Shown here: positions 1-12,600 of the stretch, piece after piece | How the letters are laid out: each line of letters starts with the position of its first letter | Numbering within the stretch: the first letter of the stretch is position 1 | Assembly (NCBI GenBank): GCA_000934665.2 | Contig: JYFJ02000088.1 | Location: 178,387 to 198,386 of the forward strand | DNA: 20,000 nucleotides | Reading direction: 5' to 3' | Origin: Catajapyx aquilonaris | Lineage: Eukaryota | Position numbers and translations under genes: made by a program | The notes under the pieces: generated by a model | What the model was told of the DNA's origin: nothing | The model's input: only the letters and a program-made list of their open reading frames with translations | Databases searched by the model: none

Positions 1-577
1 GGTGCATCCAATAGAAACCGAGGAGTTCGGACGCGCACAGTCCGGACACTAGAAGGTACAGGAGAAGCACGTGGGGAAACCCCTTTCCGGATGCGACTTT
101 CTCTTTGGATTTGGCCATCCTGTGGGAGGCACGAGTGGACCGATGGGAGGCTGCACGACTTCTGAGATCAGAGAGGGGGTCCATGGGACACTATTTTCGG
201 GGAGGACGTTCGGATGCGCGCCGCTAGAGAGAAGCAGGCGACTATGCTACTCGTCAATACGGAGAATTTTTTTTATATCAGAATTACAGTGTCTAAGTGC
301 TCGGGGCGTTTAGTTGCACATGGTGGTTCGTATTATTGGGGGAAAACTTTCAGGGAGAATTTCCTGGGAGTAGATCGATCGTTTGATGTGGAAGTGGCGT
401 TTGGTCTTTAAAGTTTCGATTCACTGTGCTAATTATAGTAATTAAAGAATTAGGATGTTTACTTGACAGGATATTTGATTCCTTGAAATTCAAGCCAAAT
501 CTCTGTATTGAGGTTTTCACAACCATTGCCCGGACGCTCAATCTAATATTTGCATAATTATTACGAAACACCCTCTA
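1..577. mobile_element. Possible right end of a non-autonomous Tc1/mariner-type element running off the window
   Basis: A GC-richer non-coding segment ends in ...CGAAACACCCTC-TA (to 577), similar to the ACACCCTG-TA end of the MITE at 2921. The partner TIR is not visible. Confidence 0.3.
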
Positions 578-944
578 TAGTTAACTAGTAGCATTATTAG
601 GCCTACTTCGGTTAAATTATAGGCCTCACTTGCTATATTGACAACATCTAGATCACACTATCTTTAATTAATTTTATGTGAAAATCCGTACATCAGACCG
701 CAGATTTGTATGCATGTGGTGTTAACAATTTGCACCTACAAAACACACATTATATTGTGGTGTTAAAACTTCCAAAGTTCTATATACTCTGGGCAGTCCA
801 AATAAAGCATATGCAGTAGTCCTACCTACATGCTGAAGAGTGTACACTGCATTCATTTTGTAGGTCTGAAATGAGCTTTAAAAATGTACAGTAGTTACAT
901 CATAACATGAAAAATCATCGTTTAAAAGTGTGAAAAAGAAGTAT

Positions 945-950
945 TTTATT
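945..950 (-). terminator. Candidate polyadenylation signal (AATAAA) of the colmedin-like gene
   Basis: TTTATT on plus equals AATAAA on minus, about 245 nt downstream of the stop codon in an AT-rich putative 3' UTR. The hexamer is common by chance in AT-rich DNA. Confidence 0.4.
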
Positions 951-1195
951 TCATACATATTTACATTTTAAAATATCATAGAAATGTACTATAGTGCACT
1001 GTTTATATATAATACTATTTAACATCGACTACAACAGCTACAGTGTAAGTGATGGAATAATCTACACTATTCTACTTCAACTTAACACAACATTAAAAAC
1101 AATAACATTATTTTGTAAAGTAAGTAGAAATATTAACCTGTACAATATCGACTGCTACCTGTCATTACCTGCCATAAGTTATGTTTCCACTCTTC

Positions 1196-4100
1196 CTAAT
1201 ATACCCTTTCATATATTCGGATTGGATATGTCAGCTGATTTCCTCTATCCCACGTGAAGAGTTCCTGTCAAAAAATAAGCAACAATCGTGTTTTTAATTG
1301 AAATGAAATTTAATGCCATTTGACTAATTTGTAGTTGTAAGAATCATTGCGCTGATTACATACCCGCATTCTTGGGTTGTAGCTGACCATTGTGGTATAG
1401 GTAAATGGATTGGCAAACGAGATGTCAACATCCTTAAGTTCGCTGTCATACAAATCCAAAGCGAATCTGCAAAGTTCAATTTTTAGTAAAACTGATGAGT
1501 ATAAAAATAATGTTATTGCGTTACTCTCACCTGATTTTTGTCTTTCTTAGCTGCGTATTGTCAACAGCGTACAGGACTCCGCATATTATGAACATGTCAC
1601 CAACTTTTTTATGATCTATGTAAATATTATAAGCTCGTGAGATCTTCAGGTCAGTGCTAGAAGTATTAATCTTCAGCACCGCAGTATTATTTTCATCAGG
1701 CAATCCATAGATGACCCATAGCCCATTTTCGTCTACTGCCAAATCTACTGTGGACACCTGCATTAAAAATAATGAAAGAATAACATCACTACTGCACATA
1801 AAAATGGCACGAATATGAAAATGTCCCTTTTAAAAAACACTCACCGTAGAATTGTAAAGCAGTTCAGTATTATTTTCAGAAACTCCAGGTAAAACCAACA
1901 CATCGTAATTTTCCGAGTTGAGTATATCCTGACGCACGAGAGTGAAATTTTCCAGCACATAGTAAAAAGCACCATTATACACTGTATGAAAATTCCCCTG
2001 CAAAGTAATAACCTGTACAATACTATCTCGTTGAATATAAAAATCACAGTACGTTGTTGACTCTGGTTCTCCAGCAGTTTTAAAATAATATAGTGACCCC
2101 TCACCTGAAATGGACCGACTAGGCGATAGTCTTCGCTAGATTTATTATTCCTAAAGGCCACTTCGTCTGGATACTCGAACAAATGCCTACGTCGACTAGA
2201 AATAGTAACCCAAGTCTTATCAGCATCCATAGAGTGCCTGGGTTCAGCATCACGCATCCAGGCACCATACAGATCATCGCTGTGACGATGATACACTGGC
2301 TTGCCAACAGCTTTGAGTTCACACTCTGAAATGATATCAGTGATCGACAGGTGTCCTAAGGATTTGCATATGACATGTGAACTCACTCCTTTTTCGAGGA
2401 GCATCTTCAACAAGTTCATGTCCTTCAGTATCTAAGAGCTCTACTTTGAATCGACCGACCAGGTCATACAAAGAGAGGCTTCCTTCACGGCATCGTGTCT
2501 CGGTGTGCGAAATACATGGTGCACATGACCCCCTAGCTCTGCAGACATCGTCCAGGTCCACTGGTTCTGGAGGCTCTTTGCCGAAGGATGTTTCTCCACC
2601 GTCTTGGCTCGTGTTAACGTCATCCGGAGCCTGAGTACCTTCTCCTTCTTCAGCTGTTTCATCTGTCAGATATACAGGGTGTTAATCCTAAGCGTGTCAC
2701 CAGAAAAGGTGGTGGTAGAGGGCGCAGGTGTGAGCATTTTTGCATAAGGAACTAGGGGTCGGAAACGAACCCTCACCGAGTCACACAGCCTGCCGCAAAC
2801 TTGAAAGGGGCGTAACTCGGTGAGGGTGCGTTTCCGACCCCTAGTTCCTTATGCAAAAATGCTCACACCTGCGCCCTCTACCATCACCTTTTCTGGTGAC
2901 ACGCTTAGGATTAACACCCTGTATTGTTTCAATTTGACTTGCGTCACAACCGTTGCACCACAGCTCACCTCGTAGTATGAACGTGCCCTTAGTCATCCCT
3001 TGTTCATTTTTGGTAGTGCAATGATACGTCCCCAAATCTGAAGGCATCACGTTGGAAATATTTAGTTGCATATGAAGCTGAAAAATATGATTGACTGTAC
3101 TCGAGTATTGATAATAATATGACATATGATGCTACCTTGTATATGCTATGTGTTGTATGAGTTATGACGTTTCTAGTTCCATTTTGAATCAGAGCTCCGT
3201 CAGGTCCCTCCCATGATGTTGCTGCCTCGGGAAACGCTTCGACATAACAGTCTAATGTCACGTTTGATCCTTTAGTTGCGTTCACTAGTTGGCTTTTGAT
3301 GCGTATGTAAGGAGTAACTGCAAAAAAATTGAAGCTTGTAAAAATAGGAATGACTTGAGACTAATTAGCCACCTAGACTAATTAGACACTAGTTATGCAG
3401 AGGATTATGTAAATTACACAATCCCGGTTCTGATTTATATTCATAGGCTGCAAGTAAGTTGATCAATGTTGTAAAACTTACAGTGGACGTGCACCGAAAA
3501 CTTCCTGCTGACTGAAGGAGGCACACTGTTCGAGGCGTGGCATACATAAGTACCCATTTGTTTCCTTGTGATCTTAGGCAAATTCAGTTCAAAACCCGAT
3601 TCTGAAGTACCTTGAACCAGAAGATATCAAAATGTTACTGTAGCCGTTATGGTAATTATTATTTTCATGAATATATTGTCAATTTACTTCATATGATATA
3701 GGTTGTGCCAATTAGAGACTTACTTCTCCAGGATTCATTGAATATGGGAGTTCCATCCTCTAATCTCCAGGTGACAATGGGCTGAGGTGTTCCAGAAACA
3801 GGACAGCCCAGGCGTACATTTTGTCCTTCTTCAAACTCCATAACTGCAGGGGTGATTGTTGCACCCTCGGAATCTGTAATTGTATTGTTGTGGTATGAAC
3901 CAGTTATTAGTGTCATCTGTAATTATTTACCAGGGAAGGATGGAGGAATAAGAAGTTCTGTTGCTATAGTGTTGTTGACCATCCAAGCCCTGATGCCTGG
4001 TTGTCCAGCTTTCCCCGGGATTCCATTTCTTCCAGGAATTCCAGGAAGGCCTGAGTTGTAATTATGGAAATAATTTTGAACATTTCTGCACTCATTTAAT

Positions 4101-5661
4101 TTTAATAATGAATATATACCTCGAGGACCCGATTCTCCTTTGACTCCTGTGGGACCCGGCCGTCCTGATGATAAAAAAATTATTGCATTAAAATGTCTGT
4201 ATAAAAAGAGTATATTAGGATTTTCAATTTATAATTTCACCATCAGTTCCATTATGTCCTGGATATCCTGGAATCCCATCCAGTCCGGGAGGTCCTGGAA
4301 ATCCTCCCCGTCCGTCCATTCCAATTCGTCCTGGCCTCCCATCATGACCGTGTGCTCCAGGAAGTCCGTTCAGTCCGGGACTACCATCCTTTCCTAAATT
4401 GAACACATTAAAAACTCAGTGCTTCGAGGAGCATATCACAAAATAACTCAAATTCCATCTAAATGTGACTGTTCTGCATTAATTTTTGCAAATGTAAGTG
4501 CAAATTTTTATTGATAAATAATCCAAGAGATGGACGTTTCTACTGATGAATCGTAATCTTATGGCTCGAATTTATGTCATTCGGCCCAAACAGTTCGCCA
4601 TCAAGAGGTGACGGCCTCCATTGACTTGACTGTGTCCTACTTAACGAAGGCTATGTTTATACGGGGGAACTGTATCTCAGAGGTCTTTGAAAGGATCAAG
4701 GAGATTCTCAGAAAAACAATTGCACCCTTGATGACCAGTAGAATACGAAAAACTCTGATAATGACCAAGTTGCACTATAGTATGAGAAATAGAAAACTCT
4801 ATTTATAGCCATGACTGAATAAGAGGGTTAGAGACGTCGGAGTTAGTACCTACTTACCCTTAGGACCCATGGGACCAGGTATGCCTGTAGGTCCTGGAGG
4901 TCCTCTTGGTCCCAGTCCACCAAGAATACCTCGTTCTCCACGATCCCCCTTTCTTCCAGGATTTCCCTGCATTCCAGGCGGTCCAGGACGACAATATTCT
5001 CTCGTAGCTGAGCAAAACTCTTCAATTGCTTGCAACTATTAAATAAGAACAAATACGCAAAGTGGTGATTTGCTTACGTTCGCAATAAGCAATCAGGATA
5101 ATATTTGGTTAGGTTAGGTTAGGTTAGGTTAGGTTAGGTTAGTGTGAACAACCCCTTCTTCACCTAACTTATATGTATAATAAAAAATGTACTAACCGGA
5201 ATTCTTGCATATGAGGTTAGCCATACCCAGGAGCTATCTTCTTCCTCACCCGGAGCCACACTACCTTCACCCATATCCTCTCTAAGTTTTGGGTCTATGA
5301 ACTCGACATTGGCTTTGGGTAAGTTTCTCAAACCTCCGCCCACACGTCTCTTGTGTCTGGGTGGTCCAGATGACCAATGCTCCGGGTCATAATTGTGCAT
5401 GGGCCATAATGTGGGCTCAGGTTCGGGTACGGGAGGTCCCTTCGGTTTAGTCAATGTCTGTACGTACGAGTTAGGTGATGGTGTATGTGGAAGTGGAACC
5501 TCGACTGGATGAGTGCATCCGTCTTGGATTCTTCGGTGTAACCAGTAAAACCCGCATAGTTCGGTCACACACAGACACGACACCAGAAAGTAGAGGAACT
5601 TGATATGTGGAAAGGGTTTTCCTTTGCTCGTAGTATTTTCTGCGTCGTGATGATTGACCAT
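1196..5661 (-). CDS. Colmedin/gliomedin-like type II membrane protein (TM + collagen + 2 Ig + olfactomedin); 15 exons, about 859 aa
   Basis: Exons read by hand (5'->3' on minus): 5661-5197, 5035-4858, 4393-4241, 4164-4120, 4050-3931, 3873-3724, 3610-3482 (alternative acceptor 3601), 3317-3136, 3077-2969, 2662-2387, 2325-2105, 1997-1845, 1757-1531, 1466-1364, 1264-1196. All introns are GT-AG and phases match; total 2580 nt, ending in TAG. Protein: N-terminal hydrophobic segment ([20 protein letters not shown]), RHKRR furin-type site, [11 protein letters not shown], 43 uninterrupted Gly-X-Y triplets, two Ig domains (VRLGC..VTW..GTYVC; VTLDC..SW..DLGTYHC), olfactomedin motifs ([42 protein letters not shown]). 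The architecture matches arthropod colmedins such as Drosophila CG6867. Confidence 0.93.
2675..2921. mobile_element. Fold-back MITE (Tc1/mariner-type termini), 247 bp, in intron 9 of the colmedin-like gene
   Basis: 107-bp inverted arms (2675-2781 / 2815-2921) with 2 mismatches and a 33-nt loop. Termini CAGGGTG...CACCCTG, flanked by TA on both sides (2673-2674, 2922-2923). Confidence 0.93.
5109..5142 (+). repeat. (TTAGG)6+TTAG tract, the arthropod telomeric motif, in intron 1 of the colmedin-like gene
   Basis: Six perfect TTAGG units plus TTAG, read directly from the sequence. Confidence 0.9.
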
Positions 5662-8032
5662 GGTTCTGGTCAGCTATGGCCTACTGCCCTCGCCCTATCT
5701 CTGAGTGCAGCCAAGGCGGTTTTGTGGTTCTTATTCTGGTGGTCTATATGTCGATAGAGGGAAGCAGCAGATAGGACAAATGTTGTTTACTTCTCTACAC
5801 TGCACTGACTTGCAGCCTAGTGAGACAAGATATGTATGCTTCACTTATTTTGTGACACCAATTTGATTCAAATTAATTTCATATTTTTTGACGCCGTTTT
5901 GAAAAAAATCAGGAATGAATGCATAGCTTGACGTAATGACACTTTATGATGAACCTTGTTGTCCTTCTTTACGCGTATCGGAAAACCATGGATTTATAGG
6001 ACAAGTTATACAAACTTGAGCCTTTGCCACGATACGGTAGTAATTTTTTCTTCACATAGATGGCATGGTACACATTATTATGACGGATCAATTAATTTCA
6101 ATGCTTCCTTTGTCACCCATATGCAAAACATTAAGCATTAATGCGAGGATGCTTTTTGTACTTACATGATGTTTTGGCATATCCTGGCAAGTACGCCTCC
6201 CTCCGCGTGGCCTAGTTTACGTAGAAATACAGTTGGTCACCGGTTTTAGTTATCCACGGTTCATAAACATATGTTACATTTAAAAATTCAACCTGTATTT
6301 TTATCACAGTACTGCCTATATAAATGATGTGCACATCATTCAAAATAATATATTGTGTTCTAATATAAAGGGGACAGCCTTCCCATCGAGGGGCCTCTGA
6401 CCCATGATTCCTCCTATGATTGTCAACATAAGCCGCTCATAAATGGAAAATATGTCTACAAACCTCGCTACAAACACATAAAAGATATGTACTGGATTAT
6501 TTATATATAGCATTTATGTAGGACCGGCGTGGTTATTTATTGCCAGTATGTCAACATTATAAAGATGAAAAGTTTTATATCATCATGGCATGCATGATAT
6601 GCCTGACACTGCCCAGTGCTGCTCCCATACAACTATATTTTTAAACCTTACAACACCCTTACCATGATGGCTTAATTGCATTAATGACTTAAAATAAGGA
6701 AAACCTCTCTTTACCATTATGGATTGCATATTATTGGCCTTGACTCTGAACATTCTATCGTAGCAACATGTGACTACAGGACATGACCTTTGCCTTTGCC
6801 TTATGTAGCAATTTAACTTCTTATGAACTTCGATAGCTCTTCTAGAGGGAAAAATGATGACGTTTGACAGGCACAGCGCATTTTCCTTTTTTCCTCATTG
6901 TAAAGGGGGCCTGAACTGGGCCACGGGAATCCAACTCCGACAAAAATACTTTTCTTTGTGGTTTGAAGATATCTCCAGACAACAAGTAACACTTTTGCAC
7001 TTGGCGCACTTCCATTTCATTGACGTAGATATTCCGAGTGCATTACGACGAGTGCAACATACCTTGCATATGTTGCTTAGACAGATATCCATTTCAATTA
7101 GTGTTTTTGTTTCATCAATGAGGTGATATTAAACAGTCAATTTGCTACAGTTACATTTACGGGCATCAAAATAATTACCTCTAAGACCCCAAATTGCATT
7201 GATTATCCGAAAAGACACTGCTGACGATATTGAAGCTCATTAACATCCTTTAGTCAATTTAACATAATAAATACTGTGTTAGCATCTAATAACTTCTGTA
7301 AAAAAAACTGCTGAATATATAACACATCAGAAAATTTCCGATCAAACTCTTAAAAGTGAATATCTCCCCTAACTTTAACCCTGTTATTATTGTGTATCCC
7401 CCATTATCTTTGCTCTTGCTTCACATATACTGATACTACGCACGGAAAAACGAAAAAAAATTATTGTTACAGGTCAGTAACACTGCTCATAGTGGCAACA
7501 ACTTCTCGTGGCGTAATGTACTTATACTGTATATAATTATTGCTTCTAATCACATCGCGACATTTTACTCCTTCACAGGCTGATGGCGCAGGCTGGTCAC
7601 CACTTCCTGCTTTACGTACTGTACTCATGAGATTTTGACTTGGAGATGTGAGACTAATACTATGAAATTGTCACTGCATACGGTATAGTCATTAATGCAC
7701 AGAACTATATTCTGGTAATTTCAGTACTAAGCCTACCATAAATTTTATACATCACGCACCTTTGGAACTACCCAAGATAACGACGTAGTAACGCGTTATA
7801 TAGTAATAGTCCATACCGACATCTAATATTGTAAGAAGTCATTTTTTTTGGAATATGTCCAAATACTGTTCATTTCATCATATTGTACATCAGCGTGATT
7901 TATCATTCGTGAGGCAACAAAATAATATGCAACTTTCGAATTCTTCCTTTGGAATTCCGAGTTTATGATATATGGGGAATTAAATTTGGGTATACACAAC
8001 AGATCTCATAATATTAATACCCTGGCTCTACT

Positions 8033-8261
8033 TTATAATGATATTTAAGGAGGTTGGCCCAGCATTGCCTTTCAACCTCCAAGGATCGGGAAGGAAGGAA
8101 GCGGCTGTGGCCTATTATACGGAAGCGACCCCGGAATTATCCTAGAAAGACCGTGGAAAACCACAGAAAACCACGGTCAGGGTTGCTGGCCCCGGGATTC
8201 GAACCCAGGACCTCCCGATTAGCAGTCGGACGCCTTATCCACTATGCCAACCTGCTTCGGT
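8033..8261 (-). mobile_element. tRNA-derived SINE with 15-bp target-site duplication
   Basis: The minus strand has an A box TGGCATAGTGG (8249-8239), an anticodon-like loop CTGCTAA and a B box GGTTCGAATCC (8205-8195), followed by a non-tRNA body (GTGGTTTTCTGTGGTTTTCC...). Flanking direct repeats TACCCTGGCTCTACT (8018-8032) and TACTCTGGCTTTACT (8262-8276) match 13/15. Confidence 0.85.
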
Positions 8262-9673
8262 TACTCTGGCTTTACTGTCGGATTTTTATTATTTATATTT
8301 TTATGAACCTTAGTCTGATTGGACTTGGGTTTCTTTATTAATATACTTCGTCATACGAAATAACTTAGGCGCAATTAATTTCGTCACGTTATTTCAAATA
8401 GGATGACGTCTGTGGGCGGGGCAGAAAATCCAATGGATTTGTCCTGTCCTCTGATGAGTCTGATAGGCCTACTCCATTTCGGAATAATCATCAGCAGATT
8501 ACTCGTTTGCGTAACGCGGGAGAAATGCCAATTTTTGCGCCAAGTCAGTGCCAGATATGTCACTCACTGCCATATCGCCAGCTTCCAGGGTACATGACCC
8601 TACACATAGGTCAGCGGATTAAGCAGTAGCGTCACCCTGATAGTGCATTTTACAATTTGTCTCCATTAATGCTATTAATTAATTAATTATCTTTCTGCCA
8701 GATATTCAGATAGTTTTTATGGGACAATTCGATTGACATGGCCTAATTGGCACTTGTTATGGTAATAAACCGGATAAATATCTGGTTTATTTGCCCAGAT
8801 AGAGAGAGAAATTAGCGTACAACCATGAATGAATGATGATATACGCCTATACATTGTTTATTCAACGTAGAGTTCCTGTAACAAAAAATTATATCAGTAA
8901 ATATTTTCTCTGAGATTATCAGTTTTTATGAAACCGTTTATTTTCAGAATGTTGCGCGTAAATATAATCAGCGTTAGTAATATTTAAAACTGACTCTGGC
9001 AAGAACGTTTCACAAGTAGTTGATAGAAACAATCATCCTATCAACTTCTTGGGATGGGATATACACCGTATACTTAATATAAATTTAATATAAAACAATC
9101 GATAATTCGGGGTGTTTTCATTTAAAAATGGTACATTAGGTTATAACTCTGAAACAAATGGGCGTGAGGAAATATTCTTCGGTTTTAAAGCAGGACAAGA
9201 AGATTCGTCCACATTAATTTATAAACTGTATAATATATTATATACTATGTAATGTAATTGGAGGTAGGCCTGTATTAAACACAATCATTTATTTGCAAAA
9301 TGCGTTGTCAAGATCTTGTAACGGATTTTCCTATTCCTTTATGTAACAAGCAATCATATGATTGTGCAGCCACTGCAATATAGGATATACCGTACTCTGT
9401 ACGTTGAATTCACCATCCAGTTGGCATATCCTGATTTTTCTAGAATTATTCAAAATCCTCGATTTCCCCCGAGATACGCTTAATTCTCGCCTTCAATTGA
9501 AAACAACATTGCTTAACCCATCGGCGCGCACAAGTTCTTCCTTTTTGCCAAGTACGGTGGGTGCGTCACGTGTCTTCACATAAAACGAGTTATCTCATTG
9601 GGAGGTCAACCCAAAGGCAAAGCACCGCACTTTAGAAGCCCGCGGACCGTGATCGCAGGTCTCAGTGCTCGAA

Positions 9674-12600
9674 ATGGACGGACGGTGCGCAGGTCTCATC
9701 TTCATCGGGTTCCTCTGCCTTGCCCAACAGGGTCTTTCATTGGACACTATCCAATGGACACATTCCCTGTCCCTGGGTAGAGAAGGTGAGGTGCTCGTGC
9801 TATGGAAGCCTATGGAAGAATCCTTCATTTTCGAGATCCAAGGAAGGACCCACGGGTATGTCGGACTGGGCTTCACACCTACTGGAGGAATGGGAAGGGC
9901 TGACATTGTCATCGGATGGATCAACCCCAATGGAAATGTTATGCTACAGGTGAGTTCCTTTCATTCAGGTTGAATGTTAGCAGAAATTATAATTATATAT
10001 GAATATGAATTATTGAGATGTCAGTTATAAGCCCCCATCGTATGCAAACATGAAATATTATGGAACATATTGTACTCAATACGTTTCGTTGTACTGGGTC
10101 ATGTTTCATGCGAATACCAGCTTCTATTGCACCATACTTAATATATATCAATGAAGGCTATCGATTTGACATCATCCAGTTGAGGAAGGGCTGGCAAACA
10201 TTGTAATATTAGCAGCCATATAGCTTGACCGTCTTCATTCGTAATGTTTGTAGCGATAGAATACAAAGTCGAAGGAATATGATTAAGGGTTTGTATAGAT
10301 AAGGACTTTGCTCGCCGATTTACATGAACAGGAAACGCGAGTTCATTCAACATGCTTCCGAATCGTAGCTGTACTATAAGCTATAGTGATTTGAAGGCAT
10401 TTGTTCAGTAATATTTCGCATAATCGAGTAATATAAACACACTGTACAATAATATAATTATGAGCAATATTGTGGTAGAAGAAATTAAGGATAGAATCTT
10501 CAGGAACTGTATCGTGTCGTAAGTGATCATTTCATGAGATATTATGATCATCAGGGTCACTTTTGTGTTTGTTTACATTCCGTATGTGCGAGTATATTCA
10601 TACTTATAAACTAGCCAGTTTTATAGAGTAGGCCTACTTATTGTAATAATTGTAATGTATGCATGAAAAATGTTAATGTTCAGTAAGAAACAGTTCTATT
10701 TTTTGACATAACTAGGAAAAAATAACAATCTGGATTCAGTGTTTGGCATAAGATTTAACCAGCAGTTATTTATTGTAAACTATGGTACATACACGAACCG
10801 GAAGCTTCTATCGATAATTATGTATGAGTGTCTCATTGCCCTTACACATGGTAGATTATCACTGGTCAAAATTCGTCCAACTGTCGATTGCGCCCATAGC
10901 CTGAAATAGCGTTTAAGTAAGCAGGCCTTAATCGTAATGGCGCCAGTTTATCGGCATCACGCGTTGATTAGCTTATGCAATGTGATTCAGTGCAAAACAA
11001 AAAACAAAAAAAACAGGCAGACCCAATCGTTACGGTATTGCTGATTCCACTTAAGTGTGTAATGCAATTATTGCCAGGAAAAAGACGCAATAGGACTACG
11101 CTGTTGCGCACTGGCATTGGGAACGGTATCAGTGGGTTAGGACCTTATGTTTATATACCGGTATTATATATTGCGTATAGTTGTCGATTTGGTAAGAAAC
11201 AGTGATTATGAAGACTTGAGAAGCAAAATGATCAGGGTCACAATAAAATGTTTTTGAGATATGAATGTTGCATTATTGAATAATTCTTTCTGACTAATAT
11301 GAAAATATGTTTTAGGATTACCATGGAGTGGGTAACACGATGCCAGTTCTGGACCAGCAGCAAGATTACACCGTAATTGGTGGTTACGAAAATGAAACTC
11401 ACACGGTCATACGGTTCGTTAGGAAATGGGACACCTGCGATGATCACGACATGCCGCTCGGTGTAAGTACCTAATTACTCAACCTGCATTACGCTTAGCT
11501 CTTTATACTAAATATTTTCATTTCATTGAAGACCGATACGGTTCGGATGATGTGGGCTTACAACCCGGAAGATCCGCCCTATGGGGAACCTATTTATCAT
11601 GGTCCTTACAACCGAGGAACTAAGAGCGTTTATTTGACCCATCCTCCACTGTCGTCCATAGCAGAGCGTCTTGGACCACATACCCAATCATGGGACATTA
11701 AGATGGAAGACGTAAGCCTGCTATTACTTGTATGGTGTACAGGGTATTTATGTGCGGAATTTGTGTTACAGAAATACGTTGATGGTTCGTCTAACAGCCT
11801 GTACTGGTGCAAAATTGTCAAGGCACCAAAACTGGACAAAAAGCATCATATCGTCGGGGTATGTATCAAAATCAGCCACTGTACGTAGCCTGTACTAATG
11901 GTAAACTTTGGCTATTTCAGTTCGTGCCAATCCTTCAACCTGAAAATGCAGTCAATGTCCACCATATCGACATATACGAATGTGCCGCCCCTGATTCCAA
12001 TGCAGTGTTTGATAAATACCTGGCTCACGATGGAGCTGAATGTTACACGCCAAATATGCCTCCAGAATGGGGTCACTGTTTGCCCAATCTCATCAATTGG
12101 TCAGTCGGATCAGAAGGTATGACCAACATCTGAAGCGCAGAGTTTGGTGTCTTACTAAAAACTGGATGTCGACATTTTGCAGGTCAGATTTTCCCTGAGG
12201 ATTTTGGACTTCCCATTGGAGAAGACCACGGTGGCGCAACGTATTTCATGATGGAGCTACATTATGATAACCCTGGACACAGGCAATGTGAGTTTATCTT
12301 AGTATCATTGCAACTTTGGATAGAAAATATTGCTTTTTGACCCTGACTAGTCAACGAGGGGTGAAGATTTAAGTTAGATTAGGTTATTCGCACATTTTTA
12401 TTTTCCTTCACAGTTGTTGATAACTCAGGAGTCCGATTCTTCTACTCTGACAAACTGCGAGAGGAAGATGGCAGCACTATATCTTTAGGTCAAAGGGCAA
12501 ATCCATTCCAGGTGGTTCCTCCCCGTCAGCACAAATTCACTTCCTACACCTACTGCCCCGCTGACTGCACATCCAAGGTAAGACATGAAGACAACAATGT

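Noticed and set aside
71..1257. Short ORFs at 71-313, 214-411, 350-571 and 994-1257
   Set aside because: No recognisable motifs or splice structure; they lie in repeat-like DNA or antisense to the colmedin 3' end.
3359..3392. GACTAATTAG repeated with 17-bp period in colmedin intron 7
   Set aside because: A two-copy local slippage duplication with no further structure.
8185..8260. Functional tRNA-Ser(GCT) gene on the minus strand
   Set aside because: A and B boxes and a GCT loop are present, but there is no long Ser variable arm and no good acceptor stem. It continues into a SINE body bounded by a TSD.
8054..8341. 95-aa ORF (…PGFEPRTSRL…)
   Set aside because: This is the antisense translation of the SINE; GFEP is the reverse-complement of the B box.
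9595..9953. Alternative-frame and antisense ORFs over MOXD1 exon 1
   Set aside because: They are by-products of a GC-richer coding exon; only the DOMON frame has family motifs and a matching splice donor.
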